Origin: a virus
Taxonomy: Duplodnaviria; Caudoviricetes
Virus record (IMG/VR): IMGVR_UViG_3300021086_000008
Location: 1-42,558 of that record
Length of the DNA: 42,558 nt
Strand: one strand, 5' to 3'
Part shown: piece by piece, positions 8,098 to 16,652 of the stretch
Position numbering within the stretch: position 1 is the stretch's first letter
Layout of the letters: each line of letters starts with the position of its first letter
Notes under the pieces: model-generated
What the model saw: only the letters and a program-made list of their open reading frames with translations
What the model was told of the DNA's origin: nothing
The model's database searches: none
Program-made: the position numbers and the translations under genes

Positions 8098-8211
8098 GTG
8101 AAGCAAGAACGCACATGGGCTTGGAAGCCTGACAAACAGGTTCGTAAATCTATCAATCGGGGTAATCGCAAGTACTTCTCGCCGCCGAAGCAAAAGGAGC
8201 CCCAGAAGTGA
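8098..8211 (+). CDS. Small basic hypothetical protein (37 aa)
   Basis: GGGAGAAAGG RBS, GTG start MKQERTWAWKPDK...; GTGA overlap with the next gene. Confidence 0.45.
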   Translation: MKQERTWAWKPDKQVRKSINRGNRKYFSPPKQKEPQK

Positions 8212-8714
8212 ATGACATACCAATCATGTGGGCGACCGAATTGCAAAGTGCTTATCCGAAGCGTTCCGGACCGTGCGGATGGGGCGGGATGAAACTGTTA
8301 TTGGCGGTTAGGAGGGCGCTTCAGCAAGTGACTTGGGATGAGCTGATTGAGGGGGTCAAACGATATGCGAATTACTGCCAGCTCAGCGGTCAAGAAGGGG
8401 GCCCATACGTCCTCAGTCCGCAAAGTTTCTTCGAACAAGCGATCTATCTCGAAAGCCTCAGTTTCGAAGCGCCCAAAACCAAAGAAGAGCAAGAGCGCGC
8501 CAGACTTGCTGGCCTGGCAAGCGAACATATGCAGCGAACTGTCGAGTGTGCAATTCAAGCTGGCTCAGCTCTCCGACCGCACACGCATGAATCAGCAACA
8601 GCTTACGAGCATCGTCTCCGAATTGAACAAGATGACCAGCGCTCTGTACGACGTGGGGACGCTCTTGGCGAAAACATTCGAAACCTCGCTAGTCGTTTGA
8701 GGGTGGCCAAATGA
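8208..8714 (+). CDS. Replication-initiator C-terminal-domain-like protein
   Basis: AYPKR...W.ELIEGVKRYA.YC...G.YV.SP..FF resembles C-terminal domains of phage replisome organisers; O position; AAGGAG RBS. Confidence 0.6.
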   Translation: MNDIPIMWATELQSAYPKRSGPCGWGGMKLLLAVRRALQQVTWDELIEGVKRYANYCQLSGQEGGPYVLSPQSFFEQAIYLESLSFEAPKTKEEQERARLAGLASEHMQRTVECAIQAGSALRPHTHESATAYEHRLRIEQDDQRSVRRGDALGENIRNLASRLRVAK

Positions 8715-8962
8715 TCCCCGTCCAATTTCCGAAATCTAACGGCACGCTGGCTCGCGATCAAGGCGAGTACGAGCCAATGTCGATCTACCACTTTGGGGGC
8801 GCCGAGGACCGCGTTGCGTGCTGCTTTCGCCTCTCTGATGCGGAGATCGAAGAGATTCGGCAAACCCGCACATTGTGGGTGCAGCAACTCACGTTCAATC
8901 GACGTTTTCAGCCGATTGGCTTATCGACGCAGCGGCCCGATGATTTGCCGGAGGTTACATGA
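8711..8962 (+). CDS. Conserved phage hypothetical protein
   Basis: P..F...N....DQ.EY.P...C..LS..E.EEI......W...LTF...QPI pattern; ATGA coupling. Confidence 0.7.
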   Translation: MIPVQFPKSNGTLARDQGEYEPMSIYHFGGAEDRVACCFRLSDAEIEEIRQTRTLWVQQLTFNRRFQPIGLSTQRPDDLPEVT

Positions 8963-9351
8963 GAAAAAAGATCCTCTGCTTGGATTTCGACGGCGTGATT
9001 CACAGCTATTCGAGCGGCTGGAAAGGCGCAAGGAACATCCCTGATCCTCCGGTAGATGGAGCGCTGACCTTCATGGAAGACGCATTAATCGCCGGCTGGG
9101 ATGTCGTGATCCACAGCTCTCGCGCTCGCTACTTCGGAGGTATCACGGCCATGCGTAATTGGCTCAGGACGCATGCTGGCAATAGCTGGGACACGATGGG
9201 CGTTGCCTTGTCCGACGTGCGCTTCGCCCGCTGGAAGCCCTCTGCGGTGGTCACGATTGACGATAGAGCGGTGACTTTCACTGGGACATGGCCGGCGCTC
9301 GCCGACATCAAAGCATTCAAACCGTGGAACAAGAAATCGGTGATCGCATGA
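8959..9351 (+). CDS. HAD-superfamily phosphatase
   Basis: Motif I LCLDFDGVIH, motif II HSSR, motif III/IV KP.A...IDDRA. Confidence 0.85.
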   Translation: MRKKILCLDFDGVIHSYSSGWKGARNIPDPPVDGALTFMEDALIAGWDVVIHSSRARYFGGITAMRNWLRTHAGNSWDTMGVALSDVRFARWKPSAVVTIDDRAVTFTGTWPALADIKAFKPWNKKSVIA

Positions 9352-9531
9352 AAGCTCCCGCGGCAGCTAGGGGGCCGAACCTGTGCCGCGGGAGCCTGGG
9401 CGGTAGTGACGGTATCGGTGTGCCGCCCCCAGTAAAGGCGATGTTACCACGCGGTAACTTATGGTCAAAGTGTGGGGAATTGACGACATGAAATGGCTCT
9501 TACGCTCCCGCTCCTGCCAGAGATACCTGCA

Positions 9532-10296
9532 ATGAAGCCGCTCGCGATCGATCTATTCTGCGGCTTGGGTGGCTGGACCGAGGGGCTCTTGTCGGAAGGC
9601 TACTTCGTGGTTGGCTTCGACAATCATCAGCATGTCTACGGAGAGCATCGCTATCCCGCGCAGCTCGTCATCCAGGACGTGCTGACGCTCCATGGATCCC
9701 AGTTCAAGGATGCCGCGCTGATCGTAGGCTCTAGCCCATGCCAAGAGTTTAGCTACCGTGCGATGCCATGGAAGCGCGCCAAGGCGCTCGGGCCGCCAGT
9801 GTTTGGGCTTGAACTATTCAACGCGCAATTCCGTATCCAGCGCGAGGCTTGTGAGGCCGCCCACCGGCATATTCCCCTGGTGGTTGAGAACGTCCGCGGA
9901 GCTCAGCCTTGGGTCGGACGATCACGATGGAATTACGGCAGTTATCATCTGTGGGGTGATGTGCCGGCGCTGATGCCGATAACCGTACGCGGCACAAAAG
10001 TTCCAGGCTTCAGTTTCGACGGTCGCAGCAAGTGCTTCAGAGAGTCCGCCGTGGATCACTTCAAAAATACCGGCGGAAGTTGGTTCAACATCGCGCATAA
10101 CACGACCTCCGGAGTTGGCCAAAATCCTGATGGCCGTAAGGTAGGTAACGACTGGTTTGCGGACGGCGAGTACCAGAAACGCGGCACGTGCGGTTCTCGA
10201 AAACGGAAGGCCGCCTCGGCCATGATGGCTAAGATTCCTCTGCCGCTCGCTCGGCATATTGCGCAAGCGTGGTACCCCACATGCTCTGGACCTTAA
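9532..10296 (+). CDS. Orphan DNA (cytosine-5)-methyltransferase
   Basis: Motif I IDLFCGLGG, catalytic SSPCQEFS, motif VI VENV; no adjacent restriction nuclease. Confidence 0.85.
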   Translation: MKPLAIDLFCGLGGWTEGLLSEGYFVVGFDNHQHVYGEHRYPAQLVIQDVLTLHGSQFKDAALIVGSSPCQEFSYRAMPWKRAKALGPPVFGLELFNAQFRIQREACEAAHRHIPLVVENVRGAQPWVGRSRWNYGSYHLWGDVPALMPITVRGTKVPGFSFDGRSKCFRESAVDHFKNTGGSWFNIAHNTTSGVGQNPDGRKVGNDWFADGEYQKRGTCGSRKRKAASAMMAKIPLPLARHIAQAWYPTCSGP

Positions 10297-10465
10297 AAGC
10301 CCGCTCCTACCACAGCCCGCCCTCCCGCATTGAGCCGGGGATACGGGGCTGGTCCGCGTGGTTGGAAACGAACGGCAGTTTGACGCGTATTGGGAGCGAT
10401 ATCGAGAGCTTGCGGGCAGCGAAGGCGCTTGCAAAACACCACAGCGAATTGAATGGAGTCAGCGT

Positions 10466-10735
10466 ATGAAGTTTCGCAAAAAGCCGATAGTGATTGAGGC
10501 GTGGCAGATCCCGCCACTGGGCAGCGAGATTGTGGACGCGCCGATTTGGCTTTCCAAAGCTGTCATCGACGGGGCAGTGCTGGGCGACCACGAGACCGGG
10601 CTGCTGTACATCAAGACGCTTGAGGGCGAGATGACCGGCGCCCCTGGCGACTGGATCATCAAGGGCGTAAAGGGCGAACTGTACCCAATAAAAGACGATA
10701 TCTTTTGTGCGACCTACGAAATGGCGATCGCATGA
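10466..10735 (+). CDS. Conserved phage protein (PGDWII motif)
   Basis: MKFRKKPIVIEA.Q...IKTLEGEM...PGDWIIKGVKGELYP.K.DIF..TYE. Confidence 0.85.
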   Translation: MKFRKKPIVIEAWQIPPLGSEIVDAPIWLSKAVIDGAVLGDHETGLLYIKTLEGEMTGAPGDWIIKGVKGELYPIKDDIFCATYEMAIA

Positions 10736-10905
10736 GAAACGTCCCCCTTGAACTCGAACTTGCCATCATCACTTGGTACCAAGCATATCAAGCGATTGGC
10801 ACCATCAAATCGAAAGCGCGGGAGTTGAACCTCAACCACAACACCGTTCAGACAGTCATCAACCGCTATCGCAAGAATGCGTACTTCCCGGAGCGCAGGA
10901 AGTGA
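10732..10905 (+). CDS. Small HTH-like protein
   Basis: KSKARELNLNHNTVQTVINRY helix-turn-helix pattern; coupled. Confidence 0.55.
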   Translation: MRNVPLELELAIITWYQAYQAIGTIKSKARELNLNHNTVQTVINRYRKNAYFPERRK

Positions 10906-11336
10906 AAGCCGCCGTCCTCAAACTCAAAGCGCAGAAGATACCAACGCCTTTGGAGCGCGAGGACCAGGAAGCATATTTCCAGTGGCTGTACTTCGTGCGC
11001 TATGAAGGGATGCGGCTGTGGGATCACGCGTATGCCATCCCGAATGGCGCCTACCGTGGCGCGGACCGGCGCAAGGCTGCCATCCAAACCGATTATCTGA
11101 TGCGCCAAGGGCTAAAGCCGGGTTACCCCGACGTCAACGTGGATATTCCGGTTGCGCCTTACCACGGGCTTCGTATCGAGTTTAAGCGCATTGGTGCGCC
11201 GAAGCCTGATGCAGACCAAATCGCGTGGCACGACCGCCTTCGCAGCCAAGGTTACTTCGTCGCTGTGTGTTACGGGCTCAAAGAAGCTCAGACCATCACC
11301 ATTGCGTATTTTCGACTGCAAGGAGCGCCCCCATGA
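10902..11336 (+). CDS. VRR-NUC domain nuclease (Holliday junction resolvase-like)
   Basis: E..Q...F.W...AIPNG...GLKPGYPD...GLRIEFKR...Q..W...L...GY. Confidence 0.9.
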   Translation: MKAAVLKLKAQKIPTPLEREDQEAYFQWLYFVRYEGMRLWDHAYAIPNGAYRGADRRKAAIQTDYLMRQGLKPGYPDVNVDIPVAPYHGLRIEFKRIGAPKPDADQIAWHDRLRSQGYFVAVCYGLKEAQTITIAYFRLQGAPP

Positions 11337-11425
11337 ACCGCCTCCCCATCTACCGCATCTCCACCATACTCTGGCTGATGCTCGCGAGCGCGATCTTGGA
11401 GGGCATGATCTGGTGGCGGCTTTAA

Positions 11426-11818
11426 ATGGCGCATCTATCGACCATCAAACTCTTGCGCGCATGGGCTCGCTGGGGAATTGCCAACAATATCGATTACCCA
11501 TCGATGTCCCCCATGTTTGGCGAACGTGCGCTGAAATCCCCGCTCTATGGAATCGGTCATGCGCCGGCGGATGTACTCGAAGTCGAAGCGATCATCTGCG
11601 GACTCGAGTTTCCGGATCGTGACGCGCTGATTCAGCGCTACCAGCGCAGGAAAACATGGGAGCAAATGGCTTATCGAATCGGGTGCGAGTGGCGTACGGC
11701 GAAGAAGCGCACGCAATGCGCGGAAGATGAAGTGCATCGCAGATTGACCGAAAAGGATTGCGGTTATGCAGGTCAGATGGTAAATAGGGCGCAAGCTTTA
11801 AAAACTGTCACTGTATAA
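11426..11818 (+). CDS. Q: Late antiterminator Q-like protein
   Basis: LL.AW.RW N-terminus and C-terminal HTH; last gene before the late operon, followed by a terminator. Confidence 0.7.
   Translation: MAHLSTIKLLRAWARWGIANNIDYPSMSPMFGERALKSPLYGIGHAPADVLEVEAIICGLEFPDRDALIQRYQRRKTWEQMAYRIGCEWRTAKKRTQCAEDEVHRRLTEKDCGYAGQMVNRAQALKTVTV
11758..11786 (+). promoter_or_regulatory. Possible late promoter (pR'-like)
   Basis: TTGCGG, 17 bp, TAAATA with an upstream TG, just before the terminator; weak match. Confidence 0.3.
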
Positions 11819-11841
11819 AACCGGCCACGCGCCGGTTTTTG
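11817..11841 (+). terminator. Intrinsic terminator (tR'-like)
   Basis: AAAACCGGC-cacgc-GCCGGTTTTT. Confidence 0.8.
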
Positions 11842-11864
11842 CATTTCTAGGACCCCCCCCTTGT

Positions 11865-14603
11865 ATGACTGATGTCGTCAACGTTGGCAGCGGCTATGGC
11901 GCGAAGGACGGGGATAAAGCCCGTGATGGCGGCGGCAAGATCAACGCCAAATTCGTCGTCATCGATGGGGAAATCACTGCCCTTACGACTCAAGGCAATG
12001 CCAATACCGCCAATATCGGCACGTTACAGACGGCGGTGGCCGGTTTGGGGGCCGGGAGCGGCATTGTCTACGCGAGCGTTTCGGCGGGTGTAACTCCGGG
12101 CGGCAGCGTCGATAGTCGCGCGGGACTGAATACCGCCCTCCAAGCGGCCACCGCCGCCGGCAAGACCTTTGTCATCGATTGCATCGTTCGGGTGACGATC
12201 GGCACCGATATCACGAAAGCAATTTTCGTGCCCCCGAATGCCACGATCGTATTCGCCGCCGGCTGCTACATCATCACCGACCATGTGATGGTGCCGCTGT
12301 TCTGCATCTGCAATTCCTCGAACGTGACTTTCGTCAATTACAGCGTGCAGTATGTCGGCACCTTTGGCGTGACCGCGATCGATCAGCAGAATCCGGCGGA
12401 TTCCAATCACGGAACGCTCGCCAATTTCAACGACACCACCGTCAAAAATTACCTGGCGGCCAATTGGGGCAACACCTATTCGGGCAGTGGCAGTAGCCTC
12501 TTTCCTTCCGCGACCAATGCCTGTGCGCAGATCCTCATCAGCGGCCAAGCCAACCACTTGAACTTTCTGGGCAAGAGCCGCGCGTGGGTGCCGGACACTG
12601 CGCCGGCCTGCAACTTCATTCCCTGCTTCATCTCGGTCTTTCCGCAATGGCTTGCCAATACGCTCATCACCTCCGCGATTCAGGTGAGTGCCCCGGTGCC
12701 GGCAACGGCGGCCGCGCCCGATCATATCTTGATCGAGGATCTCGAGCTCGATGGCTGCTATATGGGCATCGTCGGGACCGCCACCCACATTCAGGTCAAT
12801 ACCTGTCGCAGCATTCGCTATTCGGATCTGCAGGACGCCAATGGCACCAATGTGGGAGGGCAGAATTACAACGCCGTCGTATTGGCCTCGACACCAGTCA
12901 CGGGCAACACGACAATCACCTTCTCGGCCCCCTGGGGGTTCCCCAGCAAAAGCTACAACGTCACGTTCAGCGATGGCTCGAGCCGTTCGGTCCCGTTCGT
13001 CAACGGCTCGGCCACCTCCGGCGCATTCACTGCGCTCGGGGCAGGCACGTTCTCAAGTACGGTGCAGGTGAGCTATTCGGCCTCCTGGTTCGCACCGCCG
13101 CATTTGTTTTACTTGCACTCCCTTGATCTCATCGGCAATTTCCCCTGCACGCAGAACTTGGGTGTGGTGTTCGATGAGGGGGTCTATGTCGGCACGCCCA
13201 ATCGCCGTGGCACGGGTTCGGGGTACCTGAATTCCATCAAGGTCGAGCCCGCGAATGGCTCGAAGATTGTCGATTACACGACGCTGCGCCCGGATGGCGG
13301 GATGGACATCTTGGCCTTCAGCAACGCGAACGGCACCATCGGCAAGCTCACCTGTAATTTCAACTCCTCGACCGCGCAAACCGGGCAATGCGTTTTCACC
13401 GCCGCGCTCACCGCGGCGACCAGCGCCAATCTCATTGCCCCGTGGGCCTATGGTGCGGGCTCTCAGACCTATACCCTCACCTTCAGCGACGGGTCGACCC
13501 AAACCGGCACTTTCATCAACGGCCAGACGCTGGTGACGTGGCCCGTGGCCGTGACCGCCACCGCGATTGCGGGGGTGAAGATCACGAGTCAGAGCTCGAA
13601 CTTTCTCTGGCGTTTCCCTTCCTCGCCGCCGATGATTGGCTTATCAATGACTTACGAGGGCATTGATACCTCTCCGGCGCCCCCCAACGGGCCCTGTCTG
13701 GGCGATGGGCAGATCGGTAACACCGGCATTACGCTGCGCGGCCAGGTCACGCTGAACGACATCCCCTACGGCTCTACATGGCAGCCGGGGTTCAGTTTTG
13801 GCGGCAACAACATCGTCATCGATCATACGATCATCCTCAAGAGCTGTTCGACCACACAGACGTTCATCGGCTTCTTTCCGAATACCAGCACCATCACGCT
13901 CACCGAATCGAGCGTGAATGTGACCGTGGTGGGCTGGCGCTCGGCCGCAGTGACCTTCACGGCCGCTCTGAACGCGGCCACCAGTGCAACGCTCACCAGT
14001 TGGAACTACGGCAACGGTACCTATACGATTGCCTTCAGCGACGGTGAACAGCGTCAGGTGACCGTGACCGGTACTGCGGCGATCTGGACCGGCGCGATTA
14101 CTGCCGGCACCACCGCCAATGTGCTCTTGCTCAATTCGAGCAACATCGATTCCTACAAAAACCGCGTGCAGGTGGCGCAGAAGGGATTCAGCTACGGCAA
14201 CCTCTTCACCTTCGTCGATGCGACAAATGGCATCACGCAGACGGTGCGCGGGAACATGGTAGTCGAGGATTGGGTCCAGCAGTGGCAAGGAGCCCCCACG
14301 GGGACGAGCTATAGCACCCCCATAGCCTTCCCCACGACGTTCGCGGTCGTCGCCTCCGGCTACACCATATCGACTGCCTTTACCGGCGCCACCTCCTTGA
14401 GTATCGGGTGGGCCGGCTCAACCACCGCGCTTGTGAACGCGGGGGCAGTCACCTCGGGCATCAATCCGTGGGCCAATCCCGGTACGCAGCTCGCCATTGC
14501 GGTTCCGGTCAGCAGCGCCGTAGTGCTCACGCCCAATGCCTCGATCACCGGCGGGGTGATGTATATGACGGTCGCGGGCCAGCGCTACCAGATGGCCGGA
14601 TGA
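11865..14603 (+). CDS. 912-aa fibre/depolymerase-like protein (pectin-lyase-like beta-helix with inserted repeats)
   Basis: N-terminal VNVGSG..DGD.AR..G.KIN.KF virion-anchor-like motif, short coiled coil, G..DSRAGLNTALQAA beta-helix cap; G/T/S/A/V-rich. Confidence 0.65.
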   Translation: MTDVVNVGSGYGAKDGDKARDGGGKINAKFVVIDGEITALTTQGNANTANIGTLQTAVAGLGAGSGIVYASVSAGVTPGGSVDSRAGLNTALQAATAAGKTFVIDCIVRVTIGTDITKAIFVPPNATIVFAAGCYIITDHVMVPLFCICNSSNVTFVNYSVQYVGTFGVTAIDQQNPADSNHGTLANFNDTTVKNYLAANWGNTYSGSGSSLFPSATNACAQILISGQANHLNFLGKSRAWVPDTAPACNFIPCFISVFPQWLANTLITSAIQVSAPVPATAAAPDHILIEDLELDGCYMGIVGTATHIQVNTCRSIRYSDLQDANGTNVGGQNYNAVVLASTPVTGNTTITFSAPWGFPSKSYNVTFSDGSSRSVPFVNGSATSGAFTALGAGTFSSTVQVSYSASWFAPPHLFYLHSLDLIGNFPCTQNLGVVFDEGVYVGTPNRRGTGSGYLNSIKVEPANGSKIVDYTTLRPDGGMDILAFSNANGTIGKLTCNFNSSTAQTGQCVFTAALTAATSANLIAPWAYGAGSQTYTLTFSDGSTQTGTFINGQTLVTWPVAVTATAIAGVKITSQSSNFLWRFPSSPPMIGLSMTYEGIDTSPAPPNGPCLGDGQIGNTGITLRGQVTLNDIPYGSTWQPGFSFGGNNIVIDHTIILKSCSTTQTFIGFFPNTSTITLTESSVNVTVVGWRSAAVTFTAALNAATSATLTSWNYGNGTYTIAFSDGEQRQVTVTGTAAIWTGAITAGTTANVLLLNSSNIDSYKNRVQVAQKGFSYGNLFTFVDATNGITQTVRGNMVVEDWVQQWQGAPTGTSYSTPIAFPTTFAVVASGYTISTAFTGATSLSIGWAGSTTALVNAGAVTSGINPWANPGTQLAIAVPVSSAVVLTPNASITGGVMYMTVAGQRYQMAG

Positions 14604-16366
14604 GACCGATATTTTGGGTGACGGTCGGCCGGGGCGCTGGAGTCACGCCGACCGTCCCCGGTGCTCCCGGCTCGGTCACGGCGGTGGGCAATAATGCCAC
14701 CGCCACGGTGAGCTTTACCGCGCCGTCCAACGGCAATTCGGCTATCACCGGCTACACGGCGACCTCGAGTCCGGGCGGTTTTACGTCAACGGGCGCCGCG
14801 AGTCCCCTGACGGTTTCCGGTCTCACCAATGGGACGGCTTATACCTTTACGGTCACCGCGACCAATGCGGTTGGCACAGGCGCCGCCTCCGCCCCCTCCA
14901 ACAGCGTCACGCCCTCCGCCGGCCTCACGGTTCCTGGTGCGCCGACGATTGGGACGGCGACCGCCGGCAACGGCAGCATGACGGTGACGTTCTCGGCGCC
15001 TGCGAGCAATGGCGGCTCGGCGATCACGAGTTATACGGCGACCTCGAGCCCTGGAGGCTTCCAAGCGTCCGGAGCGGGTTCACCCCTCACCATCAGTGGC
15101 CTTGCCAACGGGACCGCCTATATGGCCTCTATGACGGCCACGAATGCCATCGGGACGGGCGCGGCCTCGGCTAATTCGAACAGCGTGACCCCGGCGGTGG
15201 CCTCATCGCTCGTGATGTACGCCGATGGGGTGCTCAATGCGCTCTGGCCGAGCTCCTACGACTATTCGTACGGAAGCGCGCCGGCCTGGAGTTCTGCGAC
15301 CGCCTATGTCGCCGGCCAGTATGTCGTGATGCCCTCGTTCCTGAACTATCTGTGCATTGCCAATAACACCAATCAGGCGCCGCCGAACGCAACCTATTGG
15401 AAATTAACGACTAATGGCCCATCCGGCGGCACGGTCGATAATCTCTTGGATCCGTACACCCCGCAAGCGGGTCACACGTATTCGTGGGCGCTGGCCGGAC
15501 AATATTCCGGCATTCAGCAATCGGGCAAATGGGACGTCACGCCTTTTGGCGTCGACATCTCGTCCTACATCCAGTTGCAGTTTGACCTTTGGGTGCCGGC
15601 CGGTGGCGGTTCTTTCGCCCTCTTCTTTCACTACAGCCGTTCGGGCGGCGATGACATTGCGACGTGCTGTCTCATCACCGACATCACGCAAGTTACCGGA
15701 GCACTCACGGCGAATGCCTGGAATACCGGATTGACCTTTCGGCTCTCGACGTTGGGCGCGTTGGGGTCGACCGCGTATTACAAATGGGCCATCAATCAGA
15801 GCGTGGTAGGCCCTTTGAAGATCGACAATGTCAAGTTCCTACCCGGCACCACGACGTTTATCTACAACAACAACGCGTTCCTCTCCGGATGGACGGCGGC
15901 AGTGGTGAATGGCTCGGTCAACACCACTTTCAGCCCGAACAGTTTGGGCAGCGCGTTTTATGCGCTCAACCAGGCGCCGGCGGGGAGCCCGGTAGCCTCT
16001 GCGCTTTGCATGAGGGTGGCAACGACTGCGGCCACGCCCTCGATCACCTTTACCAAGAGCGGCGGTTTCTCGCTCAGCGGCTTGAATCGCTTCACCTTCG
16101 GACAACTGTCGACCAAAGCGGGGTATGGCTATTCGTGCCAGTTCCTGAACACCTCGGCCGCGCCCATCGGCAATGCAGTGAGCATGGCGAGTTACACCTT
16201 GCAGGACTTCGGCATTCAGGCGAGTCCGCAGAATTGGACCGTCTACGATGCGCCCTTGAGTGCCTTTGGCGCGATCGGCTCGACCATTGGCGGCATCAAG
16301 ATCACAGAAACCAGCGCGAACACGACCAACGCGTTCTATCTTTCAGCCCCAGCATTTACCTCATGA
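14600..16366 (+). CDS. 588-aa protein with two fibronectin type III domains, a CBM5/12-like module and carbohydrate-binding-like domains
   Basis: Tandem PGAP...GGSAITSYTAT...SGL.NGTAY....ATNA.GTG.AS..SNSVTP repeats; AWSSATAYVAGQYV...YLCI...PPNATYW; ATGA coupled. Confidence 0.8.
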   Translation: MRPIFWVTVGRGAGVTPTVPGAPGSVTAVGNNATATVSFTAPSNGNSAITGYTATSSPGGFTSTGAASPLTVSGLTNGTAYTFTVTATNAVGTGAASAPSNSVTPSAGLTVPGAPTIGTATAGNGSMTVTFSAPASNGGSAITSYTATSSPGGFQASGAGSPLTISGLANGTAYMASMTATNAIGTGAASANSNSVTPAVASSLVMYADGVLNALWPSSYDYSYGSAPAWSSATAYVAGQYVVMPSFLNYLCIANNTNQAPPNATYWKLTTNGPSGGTVDNLLDPYTPQAGHTYSWALAGQYSGIQQSGKWDVTPFGVDISSYIQLQFDLWVPAGGGSFALFFHYSRSGGDDIATCCLITDITQVTGALTANAWNTGLTFRLSTLGALGSTAYYKWAINQSVVGPLKIDNVKFLPGTTTFIYNNNAFLSGWTAAVVNGSVNTTFSPNSLGSAFYALNQAPAGSPVASALCMRVATTAATPSITFTKSGGFSLSGLNRFTFGQLSTKAGYGYSCQFLNTSAAPIGNAVSMASYTLQDFGIQASPQNWTVYDAPLSAFGAIGSTIGGIKITETSANTTNAFYLSAPAFTS

Positions 16367-16406
16367 CAACTCGGAGCCGACCAAGCGTAATGGCAGTCGG
16401 AAATCA

Positions 16407-16652
16407 ATGGCAGCAAGACTCAACAACCGGCATCAGGAAATGGTGCGTCGCAAGATTCAAACAACCAAGTTGATTGCGGTCCTTCAAGATGAAGCGTTTG
16501 GTAAGACGATACTCCGCGACGGGCAGAGGGACTCAGCCCGATTTTTGATAGGCAAATCATTAGGTAATCCGCCGGAGCAGACGGATTTGAACGTTTCCGG
16601 CGATTTGAATCTCGCATGGCCGCTCGCAAGATCAAAACTCGACCGGCCGTAG
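16407..16652 (+). CDS. terS: Putative terminase small subunit
   Basis: MAARLNNRHQEMVRRKIQTTKLI..LQD motif; directly upstream of and overlapping terL. Confidence 0.65.
   Translation: MAARLNNRHQEMVRRKIQTTKLIAVLQDEAFGKTILRDGQRDSARFLIGKSLGNPPEQTDLNVSGDLNLAWPLARSKLDRP

Noticed and set aside
14651-15195. Nucleotide-level direct repeat
   Set aside because: Explained by tandem FN3 domains in one CDS
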